Assembly: GCA_937129385.1 (NCBI GenBank)
Contig: CAKZNC010000152.1
Location: 7,260-71,259, forward strand
From: an uncultured Bacteroidota bacterium
Lineage (GTDB): Bacteria > Bacteroidota > Bacteroidia > Bacteroidales > GCA-2748055
Direction of reading: 5' to 3'
Length of the DNA: 64,000 nucleotides
The position numbers and the translations under genes are program-made. Positions 35,581-45,534 of the stretch are shown one piece after another. The notes beneath the pieces are model-generated. The model was given only the letters and a program-made list of their open reading frames with translations, had not been told where the DNA came from and did no database searches. Each line of letters starts with the position of its first letter. Within the stretch, counting starts at the first letter, position 1.

Positions 35581-37959
35581 TTAATTCATCCTGTATGACA
35601 AACCAATCCGGATGGTACGCCGGAGCTGGGGATTGTATATTAGTTCAGGTTCAAGCATGGCAGGATTTGCCACACCATATTTCTCATCAAAAATATTAGT
35701 TGCCTTGATGAACAGATTCAGCTCGTTGCTGATATTATACGCAGCAACTGCATTCATCGCATAATAACCGTCAGCTTCTCCGAATATCCCGTCGTACAGA
35801 TCTTCAAAAGGAATCAGGATCCGCAACCACTTACTCATCCAGTGACTCTCTACGTAAAGGTAAAACTTATCCGTGGGTTGCATCGAAACCTTGAGTTTCC
35901 CAGAATGCCGGGGCGACAACCGGATATAATTCTCCACCAGTTCCATCACATTTGGCAACCGGTCCTGTCTCGCCTGGAAATACAGGTGAACTTCAGCATT
36001 CAGACCGATCGATCTTACAATGTTGTTGAACCGAAGGGTGGTCTGACTGCCCCCAACCGTTGAAACCGAATTCCCCAGGTTTGCCCAGGTACCGATCGAA
36101 TCATTGACGATCATGCTCCTGTCAAGCACTGCAGGTACGTCTGCAATATATTTCGACTGCATAAACGGAATGATATGATTGGTGATCCGGTAAGAGAAAA
36201 AGGTTTGTTCCAGGGAAAAACGAGGCGAGAAATTGGTGACGAACCCCAACTCAATGGTTGAAAAACGCTCCGGCTTCATGGAACGGGCCGGCAATGAAAC
36301 AACGTACACCTGGTCATTCCCCGTTGGATAAGCAAGGGATTGGTAGATCAGTGATGTAGGCGGAATTTTATAGGCGGTTCCGACAGACAAACGGAGAGAA
36401 GTCCGCCTGGAGGTTTTGTGCAGGATGGCGAGATGAGGACTCAGGCGGTTTGAATTCAAAAGGGTGTTGACATCGTTCCTTATTCCGCCTAGGAATCTGA
36501 ATTTATTCAGGCTGTAATAGAACTGGAAAAATGCCGATGTGTTCGAGTAGGTCACCGGGTTGATCCCGAACCTTCCAAAAGGGGTGACAAATGATGGATC
36601 CACGGTTCCCGAATAAAGGCTGTATAAGCTCCTGTCAAAAGGATTGTCCAGGTAGTTGGTGGTGGGCAGGTTGGACGACCTGGTAAAGGAAAAACCAAGC
36701 ACCGTCTCAACTGCCTTGAAAAAGGTCGTCGTGAATACCTGGCTGAACTCCAGGTCGGCCGAAGCAGAATAACGGTATGATTTTCCGGTAAAAAAGTTCT
36801 GGGTCAGCCCCTGGCTTGAATTGTTATCCATCTCGTATAACAGGTTGCTTAGCTGTGTGGTCGAGGTGAATTTATCAAAGTCCTTCCTGTAGCTGAGCGT
36901 GAGCTGCTGAATGCTTTCACCCCAGAAATTCTGGGGGTTGTTGAATTTGTAAAATGCCGGGGAAAGCCCCAGTGAACTGTGTGTCCGTCTGTACATATAA
37001 TTATAGGAGAGCCCGACTCCCCTGAATTTTAAATTCATCCCCAGCATATGTGCCCCGGAGCTGATCGCTTCCATATCCGGGAGCGTCAGACTGCCCTCAT
37101 ATCCCTTACCATAATATTCGTTCTTGAAATCCTCCACGGTAACACCCCTTTCATTCAACGCAGTCTCACTGACATCTGAGGGTTCCAGCAGATCCGGACC
37201 CACCGGCAGGTCCCGCCCCCTGGTCTGGTAATAATTCAATGGATTGTACAGCCCCTCTTCAGAATATTCCAGGTTCATATCATTGAGTTCGTATTTGGAA
37301 CCATAAAAACTGTACTGAAGGATGTTGTTGTTCTTTCCCCCCTTTCCGCCGACAGTGAAATTGATGTAGTTGTGTCCGTTCCTGCCCAGGCTGATGTCAC
37401 CCCTGACGAAAGTTCCCTGGTCTGCCTCCTTCGTAATGATATTGATCACCCCCGATACAGCATCGGCACCATAGACGGAAGAAGAATTTCCATAGATCAC
37501 TTCGATGCGTTCCGCCTGGCGGATGGGTAGCTGACTGCCCAGTGGCATACCGGCAACAACTGAAGGCTTCACCGGCACCCCGTTTACCAGGATCTTCGTA
37601 TAATGGTTTCCTGTCAGGTTCCAGATCTGAAAGGTCTCCCCCAACTCCCCGGTCCCGGGCTTGCCTGTCTGAATTCCCGGCAGGGCAAGAAGCACATCGG
37701 TGAGGGTGTTGTACTGGTTCCTGAGGATCTCATCCTCAGTGATCACATAGACCTGTAACGGAACCTCCTCCAGCCGCTTTGAGATCCTCCCGGCAGAGAT
37801 CATTTTCATCCTGCTCGAATCCACGGGATAGTTCATTTGCTCAACATCCAGGGAAAGAAGCGGAATTACTGCAGCGGCAGAATCCACTTGCGCTGTCAGC
37901 CCCGGCAACGCACCGCTCAGTAAAAGCCATACAGCTGCTATTTTTCGAACGACGGACAT
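35581..37959 (-). CDS. TonB-dependent receptor
   Basis: ATG at 37959 (the track start at 37968 is TTG). Signal peptide ...PGLTAQ, plug domain (LLALPGIQTGKPG, VNGVPV, IERIEVIYGNSSSVYGADAVSGVINIIT) and a beta-barrel ending RIGLSYRMN. No SusD-like neighbour. Confidence 0.9.
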   Translation of the reverse strand: MSVVRKIAAVWLLLSGALPGLTAQVDSAAAVIPLLSLDVEQMNYPVDSSRMKMISAGRISKRLEEVPLQVYVITEDEILRNQYNTLTDVLLALPGIQTGKPGTGELGETFQIWNLTGNHYTKILVNGVPVKPSVVAGMPLGSQLPIRQAERIEVIYGNSSSVYGADAVSGVINIITKEADQGTFVRGDISLGRNGHNYINFTVGGKGGKNNNILQYSFYGSKYELNDMNLEYSEEGLYNPLNYYQTRGRDLPVGPDLLEPSDVSETALNERGVTVEDFKNEYYGKGYEGSLTLPDMEAISSGAHMLGMNLKFRGVGLSYNYMYRRTHSSLGLSPAFYKFNNPQNFWGESIQQLTLSYRKDFDKFTSTTQLSNLLYEMDNNSSQGLTQNFFTGKSYRYSASADLEFSQVFTTTFFKAVETVLGFSFTRSSNLPTTNYLDNPFDRSLYSLYSGTVDPSFVTPFGRFGINPVTYSNTSAFFQFYYSLNKFRFLGGIRNDVNTLLNSNRLSPHLAILHKTSRRTSLRLSVGTAYKIPPTSLIYQSLAYPTGNDQVYVVSLPARSMKPERFSTIELGFVTNFSPRFSLEQTFFSYRITNHIIPFMQSKYIADVPAVLDRSMIVNDSIGTWANLGNSVSTVGGSQTTLRFNNIVRSIGLNAEVHLYFQARQDRLPNVMELVENYIRLSPRHSGKLKVSMQPTDKFYLYVESHWMSKWLRILIPFEDLYDGIFGEADGYYAMNAVAAYNISNELNLFIKATNIFDEKYGVANPAMLEPELIYNPQLRRTIRIGLSYRMN

Positions 37960-38023
37960 ACTATACAAGTTTCTTTGGAATCCTTTGGCTCAAATATATG
38001 AAAAAGCAGAGAACGCAAGACAT

Positions 38024-39055
38024 CTAACTTCCCGGGTCTCCACGTCGGCTTAACAATGCTGCAGCTGACCTGGTTTCGGGAAACTCATTCAGTATTAAAA
38101 TGATGATCACGGTGATGGGCACGCTCAACAGCATTCCGGTAACTCCCCAAAGGGTGCCCCATAGTGCCAGGGTGAGGAACACCACCAGCGGACTCATGTT
38201 CAACGTGTTTCCCATGATCCTGGGTTCCAACAGGCTGCCGATGGTGAGCTGGATCGCACCAACGATCACCAACACCAGGAAGGGATGGGTCAAATCACCA
38301 AACTGAAGCAGGGCAAACACCGTTGGAAAAAGCGTGGCAATCAGCGATCCGATATTTGGAATGTAATTCAGCATGAAAATGATAAATGCCCAGAAAAAGG
38401 GCGCGTCCAGCCCCACAAAATACAGTACCCAGAAACTCAGGAATCCGGTACTCAGACTCGTCAGTGTTTTGATGGCAATGTAATTATTGATCGATCTGTC
38501 GATCTTGCTCAGCATCTTCCTGGCACGTTCCCTGGATTCAGGGGAGTGATATATGGCTTCAAGCTTGCGCTGGAAGATGGTTTCCTCCAGCAAGATGAAA
38601 ACCAGGTACAGCAGGATCAGGAATGCATTGCCAAAAATGGAGGTCAACGCTCCAAAAAGCGAAGAGAGGATCTCGGAAAAATTGAAATCCCTGATCGCAC
38701 TGGTTATGGATTGAACCAGGTCAATATCATAGGTGCTGTTGATCTTTTCCGCAAGGCTGTTCAGGTTTTTTTCATATGCCGGGATTGAGGCCGTGAGCTG
38801 CTGAATATTACTTGAGATCAGTGATACGGTTAAGCTGAGCAGACTGATCAATATTGCGGATGACAGCATGGTCAGCAACCAGTGGGGCCAGTTCGAAAGA
38901 TAGGGAACCATCCTGAGCAAATGCTTCATTACCCTGATCACGAACCAGATGAGAATGGCAAGTACAAAAGGGATCAGGAGTGACTCCGCATAGATCAGGA
39001 GTAACACGATGATCACTACTAATAACAGGTAATATATCCGCCTGGTGTAATTCAT
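38024..39055 (-). CDS. AI-2E family transporter (PerM-like permease)
   Basis: 343-aa polytopic protein with typical AI-2E segments (YIPNIGSLIA, LWGVTGMLLSVPI). Confidence 0.88.
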   Translation of the reverse strand: MNYTRRIYYLLLVVIIVLLLIYAESLLIPFVLAILIWFVIRVMKHLLRMVPYLSNWPHWLLTMLSSAILISLLSLTVSLISSNIQQLTASIPAYEKNLNSLAEKINSTYDIDLVQSITSAIRDFNFSEILSSLFGALTSIFGNAFLILLYLVFILLEETIFQRKLEAIYHSPESRERARKMLSKIDRSINNYIAIKTLTSLSTGFLSFWVLYFVGLDAPFFWAFIIFMLNYIPNIGSLIATLFPTVFALLQFGDLTHPFLVLVIVGAIQLTIGSLLEPRIMGNTLNMSPLVVFLTLALWGTLWGVTGMLLSVPITVIIILILNEFPETRSAAALLSRRGDPGS

Positions 39056-39064
39056 AAAAATTGT

Positions 39065-40135
39065 TTAAAACCACTTTTTTCTTCTGAAATAGATAAAAAG
39101 TCCAATGGCCACGGAGATGATCAGTATCCAGAAATAAAGATAGCCGTATTCCATTTCAAGCTCCGGGATGCGCCTGAAATTCATGCCGTAGATTCCCGCA
39201 ATGAAGGTCAGCGGTATAAAAATTGCCGCAAACACGGTGAGCACCTTCATGATCTCATTGGAGCGGTTGGAGATCATCGAATTGTATACATCCAGCTGGT
39301 CGGCCACCAGTGAATAATATACTTCGATGCTCTCATACGCAAGTACCACATGCTCATGAAGGTCCGTAATGAACTCCTTCGTATCTCCCCTGATCAAACC
39401 GGAGGAGGATTTGAGGAATGCAAATGTCATCTCCTTGAGCGGAAGTACGATCCTGCGCATATAATTCAATTCGGTACGTAAAAGATATAGTTTACCGGAG
39501 GTCTCCTTCCCCGTATGGTGAAGGATCTCCTCCTCCATTTCATCGATCAAAGCCCCGATCTCAGCAAGCAGATCGAGGTAAGAATCCACCATGGTGTCAA
39601 GCAAAGCATAGGCGAGGTAATCTGAATGTATGATCCGGATCCGGTCCTTCGACCTCCTGATCCGCTCCCTCACCGGGTCGAAATGCCCCAGGGGACGCTC
39701 CTGTAAAGTGACTACGTAATTCTTGCCGGTAATAATGCTTAGCTGTTCAGCCTCAAGCTTCTTGCCCGATTCCTGCTTTGACAATAATTTCGTGATGAAA
39801 AAAAGCTGCCCTTCTTCCTCCTCCTCGGTCAACCTGGTGCGATGATCCGTGTTCAGGATATCTTCCAGCATCAACTCATCAATATTAAGTTGCTCTCCGA
39901 GGGACCTTACCAACTCCGTATCATGCAATCCGAAAATGTTGATCCACGTCATGTACCCATCCTCTATCATCCCAAGCGCCTCCTCAATTGTTCCGGGGGT
40001 CTCTTCACTGAGCATGGTACGGTCAAATTTCATCACCTGGATCGAAACCTGCTCCGTCTTCTGCTCACCAATAAATATCAGGGAACCGGGCTTCGTCCCC
40101 CTGGCTCCGAGACGCATCTTGATAAATCTTGCCAT
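39065..40135 (-). CDS. corA: Magnesium/cobalt transporter CorA
   Basis: 356 aa with the C-terminal signature FIAGIYGMNF (GMN motif) between two TM helices. Confidence 0.95.
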   Translation of the reverse strand: MARFIKMRLGARGTKPGSLIFIGEQKTEQVSIQVMKFDRTMLSEETPGTIEEALGMIEDGYMTWINIFGLHDTELVRSLGEQLNIDELMLEDILNTDHRTRLTEEEEEGQLFFITKLLSKQESGKKLEAEQLSIITGKNYVVTLQERPLGHFDPVRERIRRSKDRIRIIHSDYLAYALLDTMVDSYLDLLAEIGALIDEMEEEILHHTGKETSGKLYLLRTELNYMRRIVLPLKEMTFAFLKSSSGLIRGDTKEFITDLHEHVVLAYESIEVYYSLVADQLDVYNSMISNRSNEIMKVLTVFAAIFIPLTFIAGIYGMNFRRIPELEMEYGYLYFWILIISVAIGLFIYFRRKKWF

Positions 40136-40320
40136 CCAAACTTATTTTAATGGCAATTTAAGGATTATTATTGTTTCATACATCGGCACTAAAGCCAAAT
40201 TCCATGAACAGCCCCCCTGTGATCACCCCCCGGGTCTGCACCACGATCGCTTTGTCTCAAAATCCCGGTTTACCCCCATGAGGCCAGACACCTCCAGTCT
40301 GCCCGGTTAAATTACAAAAC

Positions 40321-40366
40321 TGACATTATGTCGCTCTGTATCAATGTTTTCATGTCATTATGTCGC
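40321..40366 (+). promoter_or_regulatory. Direct repeat TG(A/T)CATTATGTCGC x2 upstream of clpB (candidate operator)
   Basis: Copies at 40321-40334 and 40353-40366 are 13/14 identical, with an exact 11-mer CATTATGTCGC. Starts are 32 bp apart, 128 nt upstream of the clpB ATG. Confidence 0.35.
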
Positions 40367-40493
40367 ATATAGCATTCGAGTCAATGCGCGTCCAGAATCT
40401 ATCCATTTGATTCATTGTAACTTAATGATTTCATCGCCGGACCGACTCATATTTGGCCTTTCATTTGATCATAAGGAAATAAAAAACATACAT

Positions 40494-43100
40494 ATGGACT
40501 TCAAGAAATTTACAATAAAAGCACAGGAGGCAGTTCAAAGGGGCCAGCAGATCGCCATTGAAAACGATCACCAGGCCATTGAGTGCGGACATATCATGAA
40601 GGGGATCATGGAGGTGGACGAGCACGTGCTGCCATATATATTTAAAAAACTATCGGTCAATGCCGGCCAGATGGAAGCGGCACTTGACAAGATCATCGAA
40701 GGCTATCCCCATGTGTCAGGAGGTGAGAAATACCTCTCCGGCACTGCCAATGAATCCCTGGTGAAGGCACAGGCTGCTGCTAAAAAAGCAGGAGATGAAT
40801 TTGTAACCCTGGAGCACATGGTCATCGGTCTTTTTAACACAAAAGACCAGGTGGGACGAATGTTAAAGGATGCCGGGATCAATGAAAATGAACTGCATGC
40901 TGCGATCTTTGAACTCCGCAAGGGAGAAAAAGTGAAAAGCCAGTCAGCAGAAGAAAACTACAATGCACTGGACAAATATGCCATCCATCTGAATGAACGG
41001 GCCAGGGAGGGAAAACTGGATCCGGTCATCGGCAGGGATGAAGAGATCCGAAGGGTGTTGCAGATACTCACGCGGAGAACAAAGAACAACCCCATCCTGG
41101 TTGGTGAACCCGGTGTTGGGAAAACAGCCATTGCCGAGGGGATCGCATTCAGGATCGTCAACGGGGACGTGCCGGACGACCTGGCGCACAAAGAACTCTA
41201 TTCCCTCGACATGGGTTCCCTCATCGCTGGGGCAAAATATAAGGGAGAATTCGAGGAGCGACTTAAATCGGTGGTGAAGGAGGTTGTCGGGTCCGATGGA
41301 AAGATCATTCTTTTTATCGATGAGATCCACACCCTGGTGGGTGCCGGAGGTAGTGGCGAAGGAGCAATGGATGCAGCAAACATCCTGAAACCTGCACTGG
41401 CCAAAGGTGATCTGAGGGCAGTCGGTGCCACAACATTGAATGAATTCCAGAAATACTTTGAAAAAGACAAAGCCCTGGAACGACGCTTCCAGAAGGTATT
41501 CGTAAACGAACCTGCCGAAGAAGATGCAGTTTCCATCCTGCGGGGGATCAAGGAACGCTACGAAAGTTACCATAAGATCAGGATCAAAGACGAAGCGATC
41601 ATTGCCGCGGTGCAGCTTTCAACACGGTACATCACCGACAGGTTTCTGCCCGACAAGGCCATTGACCTGATCGACGAAGCTGCCTCGCACCTGCGGCTTG
41701 AGATGAATTCCAGACCCGAGACAGTAGATACCCTGGAAAGAAGGATACAGCAACTGGAAATTGAAAAAGAGGCCTTCAAGAGGGAAAAAGATAAAGGCAG
41801 GGTGGAAAACATCTCCAGACAATTGGCCGACCTGAAGGATGAACACAAGCAACTGATGGCGGTATGGAAAGAAGAAAAAGAGATCGTCTCCAATATCCAG
41901 AAGATCAAGAAGCAGGTCGAAGAGCTGAAGTTCGAGGCCGAAAAAGCTGAAAGGGAAAGTAACCTGGGAAGGGTTGCGGAAATCAGATATGGCGAACTGC
42001 CGGAAGCAGAGAAAGAACTTGAAACAACCATCGAAAGGCTCAAAGAATACGAGGAGGAAGGAAAGCGCCTGGTACGCGAGGAAATTACTTCTGAAGATAT
42101 TGCAGAGGTCGTTGCCAGGTGGACCGGGATCCCGGTCACAAAAATGATGCAGAACGACCGTGAGAAACTGCTGCATATCGAGGATGAACTGCGCAAACGC
42201 GTGGTCGGACAAGAGGAGGCTGTAGAGGCGGTATCTGCTGCCATCAGGCGAAGCCGTACCGGCCTTGCAGATGAAAAACGACCCGTGGGCTCCTTCCTGT
42301 TCCTTGGAACCACAGGCGTTGGAAAAACCGAACTGGCACGTTCCCTGGCCGATTACCTGTTCAACGATGAGTCCCTGATGACGCGCATCGATATGAGTGA
42401 ATACCAGGAGCGGCATGCCGTTTCACGACTGGTCGGTGCTCCCCCGGGATACGTGGGCTACGACGAAGGGGGGCAGCTTACCGAGGCGGTAAGACGCAAA
42501 CCATACTCTGTCATACTCCTGGACGAGATTGAGAAAGCACATCCCGACACCTTCAATATCCTGCTCCAGGTGCTGGAAGATGGCAGGCTGACAGATAACA
42601 AGGGAAGGATCGCCAACTTCAAGAATACGATCATCATCATGACCTCCAACCTGGGATCGGACATCATCCATGAGAAATTTGCCAATGCCAATGAAGCAAA
42701 CATGGAAAAGGTCTACCAGGAGACAAGAAGCAGCATTTTTGAGCTTCTAAAGAAAAGTATGCGCCCCGAGTTTCTCAACCGAATAGACGAACTGGTCATG
42801 TTCCGGCCCCTCGGAATGGAACACATGGAAGGGATCATTCATATTCAGCTGGATATCCTCCGGAAACTGCTCAAAAAGCAGGAGATCTCCCTTGAACTGT
42901 CGCAGCGGGCCATAGACCAGATCAAGAATGAGGGATTCGACATGCAGTTTGGAGCTCGTCCGCTGAAACGACTGATCCAGAAAAAACTGGTGGACATGAT
43001 CTCCATGGCCCTGCTGAAGGGGGAAGTGAAACCAGGGGATCATGTTGAGCTTGACGCGGCAGACGGCAAATTAATGGTGAAAACAAGGCAAACCGCCTGA
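40494..43100 (+). CDS. clpB: ATP-dependent chaperone ClpB
   Basis: The start [15 protein letters not shown] matches ClpB N-termini; the track ORF from 40344 is an in-frame upstream extension. Two AAA+ modules (GEPGVGKTA and GTTGVGKTE) separated by a long coiled-coil M-domain. Confidence 0.98.
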   Translation: MDFKKFTIKAQEAVQRGQQIAIENDHQAIECGHIMKGIMEVDEHVLPYIFKKLSVNAGQMEAALDKIIEGYPHVSGGEKYLSGTANESLVKAQAAAKKAGDEFVTLEHMVIGLFNTKDQVGRMLKDAGINENELHAAIFELRKGEKVKSQSAEENYNALDKYAIHLNERAREGKLDPVIGRDEEIRRVLQILTRRTKNNPILVGEPGVGKTAIAEGIAFRIVNGDVPDDLAHKELYSLDMGSLIAGAKYKGEFEERLKSVVKEVVGSDGKIILFIDEIHTLVGAGGSGEGAMDAANILKPALAKGDLRAVGATTLNEFQKYFEKDKALERRFQKVFVNEPAEEDAVSILRGIKERYESYHKIRIKDEAIIAAVQLSTRYITDRFLPDKAIDLIDEAASHLRLEMNSRPETVDTLERRIQQLEIEKEAFKREKDKGRVENISRQLADLKDEHKQLMAVWKEEKEIVSNIQKIKKQVEELKFEAEKAERESNLGRVAEIRYGELPEAEKELETTIERLKEYEEEGKRLVREEITSEDIAEVVARWTGIPVTKMMQNDREKLLHIEDELRKRVVGQEEAVEAVSAAIRRSRTGLADEKRPVGSFLFLGTTGVGKTELARSLADYLFNDESLMTRIDMSEYQERHAVSRLVGAPPGYVGYDEGGQLTEAVRRKPYSVILLDEIEKAHPDTFNILLQVLEDGRLTDNKGRIANFKNTIIIMTSNLGSDIIHEKFANANEANMEKVYQETRSSIFELLKKSMRPEFLNRIDELVMFRPLGMEHMEGIIHIQLDILRKLLKKQEISLELSQRAIDQIKNEGFDMQFGARPLKRLIQKKLVDMISMALLKGEVKPGDHVELDAADGKLMVKTRQTA

Positions 43101-43132
43101 TTCCCGAATCCGTCCCGAAAATCAGAATACAC

Positions 43133-43174
43133 AACGGGCTGGCCCACCACTAAAGGTGCGTCGGCCCGTTTTTC
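43133..43174 (+). terminator. Terminator after clpB
   Basis: Stem AACGGGC (43133-43139) / GCCCGTT (43164-43170) with inner CACC/GGTG pairing, followed by a T-run. Confidence 0.6.
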
Positions 43175-43234
43175 AAATTTGCACCACTGTTGATGCCCCG
43201 GTCTATCCACGTAAACCAGTCCGGAACAATTTGG

Positions 43235-44593
43235 TCAGGGCAGCAGGGATCTCCCCTTAAATTCAGCTCCGCTCTCATCTGCGAAGACCACCATCGCATT
43301 GTGCATCTCCTTCACCTTTTCCGGGTGCCGATCGGCAATGTTCGTTCGCTCACCTGGATCAACAGCCAGATCGAAAAGCTGTATTCCATCCTGCCCGGTG
43401 ATCCTTAGTTTGAGGTCTCCCTTCCGGTAAGCCTGCAAGCGGTCTCCCCGAGAATAGAAATATTCCTTACGTGGCGAAGCGCCTTCTCCGGTCAACACCC
43501 CTGAGATACTCATTCCGTCCAATGCTTTGCCACCGCTTAGATCAGCACCCGTGACCTCAGCAACCGTGGGAAACAGGTCGATCGTGGCTACGATATCATG
43601 ATTCACTGATCCCGCAGGCACTTTTCCCGGCCAGCGAATGATCGCCGGCACCCTGAATCCGCCCTCATACGTGGTTCCCTTGGATCCCCGGAGCATGCCT
43701 ACGCTCCCGACATGCCAGGGCTCAACACCCCGCTGCAACATCCGCTGTGGCGGGTCGATCCATGGCCCATTGTCACTTGTAAATACCAAAAGCGTATTAC
43801 CGTCAATCCCAAGCTCCTTCAGTTTTGCCATGATCTGACCCGTACTCCAGTCAATGGTCTCAATGACATCACCGTACAATCCGCCTTCCGAAATGCCCCG
43901 GAACTGTTCCGATGTGCTCACCGGCAGGTGCGGCATGCTGTGGGCAAGGTATAGGAAGAATGGCTCCCCGGCCGAAGATTCAATAAAGGACAACGCCTGC
44001 TCAGTATAATTCACGGTGAGCTCCTCCTGGTCATACCCGATCTCCCTCACACGGGTTGAATCCTCATACAGGAAGAGTCGGTCCTCCTCCGTGAGCCAGG
44101 GGCACCACGGCAAGATCATATCGTTGCTGTATGGAAGTCCGTAAAACGAATCAAAACCCCGTGAAGTAGGAAGGTACTCCGACATATGCCCCAGGTGCCA
44201 CTTCCCGATGGCCATGGTCGCATACCCTTTCTGAGACAATATTTCTGCCATGATCGTCTCTTCCAACGGCAATCCATTTGTGCTCTCCGGACCGGTATTA
44301 AAGGTCATGTGCCGCAAAGGATATCGCCCGGTCATCAGTGCAGCACGGGACGGACTGCAGACCGATGCACCTACGTAAAACGAGGTGAACCGCATTCCCT
44401 CATCCGCCATCCGGTCAAGATTAGGGGTCTCAATATTCGGGTTTCCATAACAAGCCAGGTCACCATACCCCATGTCATCGGTGAAAATAATGATCACATT
44501 AGGCAGCCCGTCTGCCGCTTCAGAACTCGAACAGGATGGCATCAAAAGCATCGCAAAAAAGCCCGCCAATAAAAGTGATTTCTTAATTATCAT
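43235..44593 (-). CDS. Arylsulfatase (formylglycine-dependent sulfatase)
   Basis: 452 aa with a lipoprotein-like signal. Contains NVIIIFTDDMGYGD and the sulfatase signature CSPSRAALMTGR. Confidence 0.93.
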   Translation of the reverse strand: MIIKKSLLLAGFFAMLLMPSCSSSEAADGLPNVIIIFTDDMGYGDLACYGNPNIETPNLDRMADEGMRFTSFYVGASVCSPSRAALMTGRYPLRHMTFNTGPESTNGLPLEETIMAEILSQKGYATMAIGKWHLGHMSEYLPTSRGFDSFYGLPYSNDMILPWCPWLTEEDRLFLYEDSTRVREIGYDQEELTVNYTEQALSFIESSAGEPFFLYLAHSMPHLPVSTSEQFRGISEGGLYGDVIETIDWSTGQIMAKLKELGIDGNTLLVFTSDNGPWIDPPQRMLQRGVEPWHVGSVGMLRGSKGTTYEGGFRVPAIIRWPGKVPAGSVNHDIVATIDLFPTVAEVTGADLSGGKALDGMSISGVLTGEGASPRKEYFYSRGDRLQAYRKGDLKLRITGQDGIQLFDLAVDPGERTNIADRHPEKVKEMHNAMVVFADESGAEFKGRSLLP

Positions 44594-44605
44594 ATCAATA
44601 AAATT

Positions 44606-45397
44606 TTACTCAATCCGATCACTCTGCCAAACCTCCTTCGTCTCCAGATCCATCATGCTCAGCTTCCCCCCGCTCCATCCAGCACCTGTATCCATCATCC
44701 AGACATTACATACCTGCAAAGGCCGGCTCGTATCCCCCCCTTTCAGGAAAGAACTTTTAAGGGCAGCCCTGCCCGAACCACTTACATGAAGATTAATCGT
44801 TGGCGTATGCCCCACGTAGATCTCATCAAAACTTCCAAGCGAGGTTCCGGCCTCACAATTCTTAAGCGCATGATTCACCAGGTCACGATCCCACAGGAAG
44901 TCCTCCCCATCCTGTTCCTCCAATGGTTTACGGTGATCAAAGCCGCCATGCACAAAAAGCCGGTTCCCCTCCACGTGGTAATATTTCGCCTGCCGCAACA
45001 GCTCGAAATGTGCAGATGGAACACCCTCCCTGTAACTCACGATCGTATCGCTGCCTCCCTGGGTGAGCCATACCTCAGATGCCTTTTCATAAAGGTCATT
45101 GACATCCAGTCCTTCACGCGCCGCACTGCTATCGTCCGACCGGCCACTGTCCCAAAGCTCCTCACCCACACGTGACATCCATTCCAGCGCCCACTTGTCA
45201 TGGTTCCCGAGAATCATCACCAGGTCCTTCACCTGTAACAGCAGTTCAACACACTCCTTCACCCGGGGGCGGCGGTCCGCCACATCCCCCATGAAGACCA
45301 ACCGGTCACGCTCATAATCGAACTCCGATCGTTCCATCACCTGTTGCAGGGCCTCATATGCCCCGTGGATATCTCCAATCACCAATGTCCTTTCCAT
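44606..45397 (-). CDS. Metallophosphoesterase (PPP-type Ser/Thr phosphatase-like)
   Basis: ATG at 45397 gives MERTLVIGDIHG, followed by GDVADRRP and GNHD motifs. Confidence 0.85.
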   Translation of the reverse strand: MERTLVIGDIHGAYEALQQVMERSEFDYERDRLVFMGDVADRRPRVKECVELLLQVKDLVMILGNHDKWALEWMSRVGEELWDSGRSDDSSAAREGLDVNDLYEKASEVWLTQGGSDTIVSYREGVPSAHFELLRQAKYYHVEGNRLFVHGGFDHRKPLEEQDGEDFLWDRDLVNHALKNCEAGTSLGSFDEIYVGHTPTINLHVSGSGRAALKSSFLKGGDTSRPLQVCNVWMMDTGAGWSGGKLSMMDLETKEVWQSDRIE

Positions 45398-45534
45398 AAT
45401 TGTATTTTTAATTGCTGAACCGAGGCCTGGAGCCGAGCTCATGAGACCTCAGGTCGAATAATATTAGGCCAGGCACCTCCAGACTTTGTTGCTCAATATA
45501 CTAAATGTCTGCGTCTTGCTCTCTTTCTATTGCC

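Noticed and set aside
40212-40277. C6, C6 and C5 runs (G-runs on the minus strand) as a possible G-quadruplex upstream of corA
   Set aside because: There are only three strong runs plus one GGG, with a loop of about 33 nt. This does not fit a canonical G4.
40344-40493. 50-codon N-terminal extension of clpB in the ORF track
   Set aside because: ClpB orthologues begin at [14 protein letters not shown]. The extension is in-frame promoter DNA that contains the direct repeats and a -7-like box.
40944-42416. Three long minus-strand ORFs (209, 248 and 265 aa) inside clpB
   Set aside because: They are low-complexity Ser/Leu/Phe-rich translations antisense to the Glu/Lys-rich ClpB coiled-coil region. 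These are classic shadow ORFs.
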